Below are positions 33,413-40,229 of a stretch of 40,229 nucleotides of DNA, in pieces (position 1 is the first letter of the stretch; every line of letters starts with the position of its first letter). Location of the stretch: contig NC_068993.1 in the NCBI RefSeq assembly GCF_001194135.2, positions 29,728,819 to 29,769,047 on the forward strand, written 5' to 3'. Made by a program: the position numbers and the translations under genes. The DNA is from Octopus bimaculoides. Its lineage: Eukaryota. The notes under the pieces were generated by a model. That model made no database searches, was not told where the DNA came from, and saw nothing but the letters and a program-made list of their open reading frames with translations.

Positions 33413-34716
33413 ATGCACAAAGGGACAACTTGCCCAATCTCTTTTTCATATCACCTCTACACACTAGCTCTCTCTTGATACCATTTTATCTTTTTCTTGC
33501 TACCTGGAACCATTTCACATGTTAGCCATTCTTAATCTGCTAATATTGTTCTCACCACCCTCATGTTATATTGATCATACCCTCTCCAGTTGAACCACCA
33601 AATTATTTCTCCTCGTGTACTATGCCTGCCTGAGCCCCCTCCCTTTTCTTGCAACCTACCCAACCACATGTTATTTCTCTCTTGCCTTCCCCTGCCAACT
33701 GTATCATCTTCACTATTTTGCTGCTCTTTTCTGCATTACTTTATCTTTCCCAACTCATGCATCATCTGTCATTCCCCACCCCTTTTCCATTACTCCCAAC
33801 ATTCACCTTCAATCTACCCATTTTTCATCTTCTCTCCCATTTTTCATCTCTTGTTCCTACATACTCTCTTGCAAACTCCCACACCCCTGGTTCCTCTGTT
33901 CCTTCTCACTTCTACTCACTTCATACCTTGAGAAGCCACCTGGAAACCTTACCACCATTATTTATCTCTCTGAAGCTCCTATTAATTATTCTCACTTAGT
34001 CTTCTAAATGGGAGTAGGCATGTAACTTCTCTACAAGAACCTGCTCTGTTTCTCTCTTCTTCATACTTTCACTCTCCCTCCATCTAGCATAAAATGTTCC
34101 TGCCTTGAGTTGTATGGCAGCTTCAATAGTGCTGGTAGCATGTAAAAAGAACCCAGTACATTCTGTCTACCAAATACTCTCACCAGGCTTTGATCAGCCT
34201 GGGACTATGATGGAGGATACCTGCCCAGTGTACCACAATGAACCTTGGTTGGTGAACATGGTTGGTGATTGTGCAGCAAGCTTCTCAACCACACAGATAT
34301 GCATGTGCATAAAGTGCCTGTTTAAACTGGGTGGAATAAATACTGAAACTACATCATTTCATCAGTTTTCTCAGCAGTATGGACTTATGTCATGGGTTTG
34401 TGGCTAGATTTAATGTCTTATCTGCTTGGAATCAGAATCTGGAAGGACTGTAAAATAGTGATCTGCAGAGGGAAGCAGAATATGTTTTATCATGGGCATG
34501 GCAGATGATTGTTAGAGAAAGCCCAAGCTGAGTGCAAAGAACAAATTCTCAGTTGTATGGTTGGAGTAGATATAGCTGGATAAAGAGGGAGATACTGTGC
34601 AAATAATCTGGACAATACCTGATAGTGTTGATGCTATTTGGCATCTCTGAAATGGTGATGTTGGAAGGTGTTGAAGTGTTTGTGATCTTTGCAGAACAAG
34701 TTGTATGTAAAATATA

Positions 34717-35685
34717 TGTGAGAGTACATCAAAAATTATATGCACTTCTGTTTCTGTAATTTATTAAAAAAGCAGGGGTTGAACAATAACATAATTTTTC
34801 TACATATTCTCCTTGCTTTCTGATGTACTTTTTCCAGTGGTTCACAAGCTTATTCCATACATTGTTGTGTAACAATAACGCTTGCTTTGATAATAGACCT
34901 TGGTGTTTGGTGCAAAGTGCTGGTTTCAGTTTGTTGGTCAGCATTTCCCTGTAGCCTACACTGGTTACTGTAGATCCTTTTTTCAGGTAATGTTCCAGTA
35001 TAGGCCCTTTTGCATCTCTGAAAGCAATTAGCCTTACTTTTTCTGTGGAAGGTTGTGTCTTGAGTTCCTCTTTCACTGGCGACTCTGGGTATTTCCACTC
35101 TATTGTCTGCCATTTGGATTCTGGCTCAGTGATGAACCCAGATCTGATTTCCTCTGACTACTTTCTCCAAAACAGCTTCACATTCGTCATTGTGTTCAAG
35201 TAAGTGTTAACAGATCTCCACATGATTGCATATATGCACTTCGGTAAGCTCTCTTGTCACCGCACAGACTTTACAGAAGTTTATTGTGGATAATTTCATA
35301 TGTAAAACCATAACTAATTTACAGAGAACATGGCATCTCATCGATGGTCACTTATTGGTTCACCAGAACAGTCTCACAAGCTTGTTGAATCTTCACATCA
35401 GTGGTGGAGGTTGATGGGTATCCTGCTCTCTCTTCTTGGTTCATGCTTGTTTGACCATTTTAAAACTTTTCAATCCACCCAAACACACTTCTTTGCAGAA
35501 GTGCACTGTCTCCATATTGTACTGAAAGCCTTAAATGAATTTCAGTCACTGACACACTTTCAGACCAGAGAAATTGGATCATTGATCTGCTTGGTGCACA
35601 CTGCCAGCAGAGTAGCTATGTTTACTCTGTAAGACAAGAAATAAAACTGGAGCGATCAGAATCAAACTTTGATTATGTAACTAAA
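34717..35685 (-). mobile_element. Decayed, deleted mariner (DD34D-type) element
   Basis: HTH region IQFLWSESVSVTEIHLRLSVQYGDSALLQRSVFGWIEKF; EELKTQPSTEKVRLIAFRDAKGPILEHYL...LLLHNN; ends only approximately placed. Confidence 0.75.
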
Positions 35686-36300
35686 AGAGTACCATGTTTT
35701 AGCACATAATTGCTAAAAGCAGTGTGACCAACTCAAAGAAAGTTTTGGTGTAATTGCAGATGATTTTTTACTTCCTCTTGTATATATACACTCTGGCCAT
35801 CACTTGTAATCATGTATGACTGCTGTGCTATATAAGGCTGTATGGAAAGAAGAAATCCATTTTAGAAATTTCATATCCTAAATCTGTTACTGTAAATCAC
35901 TTACACCGCAACCATGTTGTAACCACCATATATTGCCTCTATACTTATTTTCAAGGATAAAACTTATTTATTGATTTTACTTATTGAACAACTAAATTTT
36001 ACATTAGTTCACACACTCACACACACAAATTAACATATACATATATGTTAGTTTTATGCACAATGTCTTTCTGTCAAATTTCACTTACGAGATTTTGGGT
36101 AATCTTCTACTACAGCCTCAGGCTGTAGAAGACAATTGCCCAAGATGTACAGTTGCATTGCACCACAAACTCATGTAGTTGTTGAGTAACCTTTGCTATG
36201 CTTGAACTTATTCTTCTATAATAATAAATGCCAAAACAAATTTCTGTGTGTCAGTGTGTCACACTTTGACCTCCTTTCTCACTGTTCAATGACACTTCTA

Positions 36301-37579
36301 TTAGGTTGTCAAGAAAGTTCTTGCGGTTTTTAACCTTTAAATTCAGATGCACATATCTCAGCTCAAACAGAACTTTATTAATTGAAATAAACACCATCAG
36401 AATCAACACACTTTTGCCAACCCGAAATAAGTTTATTTATGCCAGTAGCTTAAAAATCCTACGTTCTGGTGGCGATGAAGTCGTTGAAGGCATGTTTGGC
36501 ATCGTCTTGGTTTTTGAAGCATTTTTCACACAGGAAGTTGTCGAGATGCTTGAAAAAGTGGTAGTCTGTAGGCGAGAAGTCTGGTGAGTATGGCAGATGA
36601 GACAGAGTTTCGTAGCCCAATTTGTTCAACTTCTGTAGGGTCAGTTGTGCGACGTGCGGCCAAGCATTGTCATGGAGAAGAATTGGTCCTTTTCTATTGA
36701 CCAATGCTGGCTGTTGTTGTCAGAGTTTCTTATGCATTTCATCCATTTGCTGACAGTACTTCGCCGTAATGGTTTCACCTGGATCCAAAAAGCTGTGATG
36801 GATGAGACCGGCCGCAGACCACCAGTCACCGTGACCTTCTTTTGGTGCAACTTTGGCTTTGGGAAGTGCCGTGGAGCTTCGTCGGCATCCAACCACTGAG
36901 CTGAGCATCGCCGGTTGTAAAGAATCCACTTTTCATTGCAAGTCACAATCCTGTCAAGAAACGGGTCATTCTTGTTGTGTAAAAGAAGGGAAGACGGCAC
37001 TTCAAAACAACGTTTTTTTTTTGGTTGTCGTTCAATTCGTGCGGCACCCATTTCTCAAGTATTTTTGTTTTTCCAATCTTTTACAAGTGGTTGGAAATTG
37101 TCGTCTACATTATGTCTAATTCAGAAGCAAGGTCTCGAACAGTTGTGCATGGATTGGCTTCCACTAAGGCTCTTAGTTGATCATTGTCAACATCCGATGG
37201 CTGACCACTATGCTTATCATCTTCAAGACTCTCATCACAGCTACGAAATTTCTTGAACCATCATTTTGCTGAATATTCATTAGTGGTTCTTGGGCTAAAC
37301 ACATCATTGATATCGTGAGCTGTTTCAGCAGGTTTCTGGCCTAGCTTGAACTCAAATAAGAAAATTGTGGAAATTTGCTTTTTGTTCATGTTGTATTCAA
37401 CGTTCCGGAAAAAAATGGCCTAATTATTCAAAAAGCAGAAGAGTAACACGGTTAGATAGAGCGAAAAACGGGCTTTAAAATGATATATAAAGTCAAAGTA
37501 ATTTAACAAAAATTAATTTGAAAATACATAATTTAAAACCAAACTTTAAAATTCCACAAGTGCTTTCTTGACAACCTAA
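36301..37579 (-). mobile_element. Full-length (1279 bp) Hsmar1/cecropia-like mariner with transposase pseudogene
   Basis: TIR TTAGGTTGTCAAGAAAG at both ends, TA flanks; [40 protein letters not shown]; multiple frameshifts. Confidence 0.93.
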
Positions 37580-37594
37580 TACTATACCTCATGT

Positions 37595-37875
37595 TGGGGT
37601 GAGAGTAATAGTAGGCATAGAGATGGTGAGGGCAGTAGTAGATTGACGGTTGTGATGGTAATGGGATGATAGTAATAGTATGAGCTGTAATTGTGATAGA
37701 GGAGGAGGCGATGGTGATGGTAGCTGAGGCGGTTAGGGATGACGGTGATAGTAAGTGTGAAAGACAGTGGTGATGGTGGTGGAGGGGAAGGCGGTGAAGT
37801 CAAAGGTATTGATGGTGATGGCGTCAGAAGTCTGAATGGTGTGTATGGTAGTCATGGTGGTACTGGTGATGATAG
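37595..37875. repeat. Purine-rich low-complexity (GATGGT/GAT-like) tract
   Basis: Repeated GGTGATGG and GATAGTA words. Confidence 0.6.
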
Positions 37876-38654
37876 TTGAAAACAATCAACAGAAAGAGAG
37901 AGAGAGAAAAAATAAGGTTAGATAAAGAAAAAATTGTACTGACTCCCAAATGGGAAGACAAAAAATGTTGTTTATCATACATCTTTGCAATAAGTTCCAA
38001 GTTGACAAATTATATCATTGTTTTGATAAAAATCGTTCATTGCTTGAAAAATATTGATCAAGTTTAATAAAATTTCACATGTACTCAATGCATGAAGTGT
38101 CATTGTTGGGCCCAAGGCCCAATGAAGAACCCTCCATAGGAGCTAGCTTAAAAGCTGCTCGATAGGGTGGTTTTTAAGCTAGTAATTTTATAAAATTTGG
38201 TGATGTGAAAGTAGATGGTTTTCCAACTAGCATTTTGTGCTGTTTTTAGTAGGTATGAATCATAGTTTAATAGTGTATTTTTTGTTTATCTTTCTTTCTT
38301 TCTTTTTCTTTCCTCCCTCTCTCCCTTCCTTCATTATTTCATTTATTCATTCTTTGTATGGGGTTTTTGATTAGTGTGGTGGATGAACATAGTGTTCTGA
38401 AGCTATGTTGTTAGGAAAGGAATGCATTGTTTAGTATTGTCAAGAATGAATCTTACTAGAATTGTTTGAAGAGTAGTGAGAGGATTGTTCACAGGAAGTG
38501 ATGAGTGTGTGTGTGTGTGTGATGTTACTTTAGTTACATTTACTCAATTTTCAGAGCAAATTTAATAGTGTTGATGGGTAGTTGATGATGCTAGTGAGTG
38601 CAATAATTTCTTCAGATCCTAAGTATTTTATGTCTATTTTTGTGATTTTGTCAG

Positions 38655-40229
38655 GCCCTTGCAATCTTCTGCTATATTTCTGATATATGAGGTATTTCGT
38701 GTTACAAGACAGTGTGTGAGAGAGAATCGTGATGTCGTGGGAGAGAAATGTGTTCGCATGGATGATAGTATGCTTGCACTAAATGAGGTTGCAAAGAAAG
38801 TGGTTTGGAGACGCCACTACGAAAGATTGCTCAATGAAGAGAATGAATGGGAGAAAGAGAGTCTGCTGATTGTCGATCCAACAGAGGGACCAGCTATCCG
38901 AGTTGACAGTACCATGGTAGATAAAGCAATTAAGAGTATGAAGACAGGGAAGGCCCCCGGCCCATCAGGAATCACTGCAGAGATGCTCAAAATATCTGGC
39001 AATGTCGGCTATAGCCTAGTCACCCATATTGTTAACCAGTTGATACACGAAGGAGTCATACACAATGACTGGTGTAGCAGCACCATAGTCAACTGCTATA
39101 AAGGTAAAAGTGACGCTTTAGATACAAATAATTACAGAGGTATCAAGCTTCTATATCAGGTAATGAAAGTCACGGAGAGGGTCATAGCTCAACTACTTAG
39201 GGAGCGAGTCAGTTTAGATGAGATGCAGTTTGGGTTTGTGCCTGGGAAAAGCACCACTGATGCTATATTGCTGGTAACACAGCTTCAGGAGAAATACCTA
39301 GCCAAGGATAAACCTCTGTACCTAGCTTTCGTTGACATGGAGGAAGCCTTCGACAGGGTCCCCCTTATCTCTCATCTGGTGGTCAATGAGGAAACTAGGG
39401 ATAGAAGAATGGTTAGTGAGAGCTGTGCGAGCCATGTACAGAGACGCTGTCAGTAAGGTGAGGGTTGGCAATGAGTACAGTGAAGAATTCCGGATGGAGG
39501 TAGGGGTCCACCAAGGTTCTGTCCTCAGTGCCCTCCTATTTATCATAGTCCTAGGAATTCAAGACAGGATGCCCCTGGGAGCTCCTCTATGCTGATGACC
39601 TTGCACTAATTGCTGAGTCACTATCAGAACTAGAGGAGAAGTTTCAGGTGTGGAAGCAAGCTAAAACCAAAGTCCTAATAAGTAAGAAGGCAGACAAAAC
39701 ACATATCCCTTCGGGTAGATGGCCCTGCTCGAACTGTAGAAAAGGCGTGAGTAGTAACTCTATAAGATGCACCCAGTCCAAGCTATGGACACATAAGAGG
39801 TGCAGCAATATCAAAGGAAGGTTAACTAGGAAGTTAGTTTTCGTTTGTAGCAGATGTTCAGGAGCTATAAAGACTGTGAATGTGCAGAAAACAACTTCTG
39901 CCATATTCCAGGGAGAAAAACTAGAAGTGGTTGATAGCTTCCGCTATCTTGGTGACCAAATTAGTAGTGGAGGTGGGTGCGCTGAAAGCGTAGCTGCTAG
40001 AATAAGAATAGCCTGGGCCAAGTTCAGAGAGCTCTTACCTCTGCTGGCGACAAAGGGTCTCTCGCTCAGAGTAAAAGGCAGATTGTATGACGCATGTGTA
40101 CGAACAGCCATGCTTCATGGCAGTGAAACATGGGCCGTGACTGCTGAGGACATGCGTAGGCTCGCAAGGAATGAAGCCAGTATGCTCCGATGGATGTATA
40201 ATGTCAGTGTGCATACTAGACAGAGTATC
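38655..40229 (+). mobile_element. RTE-clade LINE, RT region with frameshifts and small deletions; runs off the window end
   Basis: GKAPGPSG, NYRGIKLL, QFGFVPGKSTTDAI, FVDMEEAFDRVP, GVHQGSVLS, LLYADDL, PHD-like cluster, VVDSFRYLGD; tail collinear with 19556-20165. Confidence 0.92.

Noticed and set aside
33480-34100. Overlapping 113-130 aa ORFs
   Set aside because: Pyrimidine-rich low-complexity DNA lacks stops on that strand; the peptides are compositionally biased with no domain.
38139-38183. GCTAGCTTAAAA...TTTTAAGCTAGT inverted repeat
   Set aside because: Short, AT-rich and without supporting context.
1-40229. CRISPR arrays, rRNA genes, prokaryotic operons
   Set aside because: No regularly spaced repeat-spacer units or conserved rRNA tracts; the content is eukaryotic transposon sequence.

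Overview
Eukaryotic, AT-rich, repeat-dominated DNA with six N-gaps (918-998, 2823-2832, 8987-8996, 12877-13116, 18089-18188, 29655-30177). The SINE and RTE-tail families look like those I know from octopus genomes; this is recognition, not a search result. No host protein-coding gene can be supported. The window is a nest of transposable elements: two Ty3/Gypsy LTR elements; three Penelope-like (PLE) RT or GIY-YIG remnants; several RTE LINE pieces; Tc1/mariner, Tigger/pogo and Merlin DNA transposons; MITEs; SINEs; and a Helitron-like end. The most interesting signals: (1) three different non-canonical minimal hammerhead-ribozyme folds, one with an A3-U8 swap of the C3-G8 core pair in all three pLTR copies of a PLE; (2) a PLE-like 3' end that joins a tRNA-like Pol III promoter to a hammerhead; (3) a TTAA-flanked Kolobok-type element with 212-bp TIRs carrying an almost intact GIY-YIG frame that the ORF track misses; (4) an 8-bp-TSD MITE with head-to-head telomere-like repeats at its centre; (5) a C4HC3 PHD-like finger inside the RTE reverse transcriptase; (6) a complete -1 frameshift signal in the first Gypsy element. 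Everything was read by eye; no search or folding program was run.
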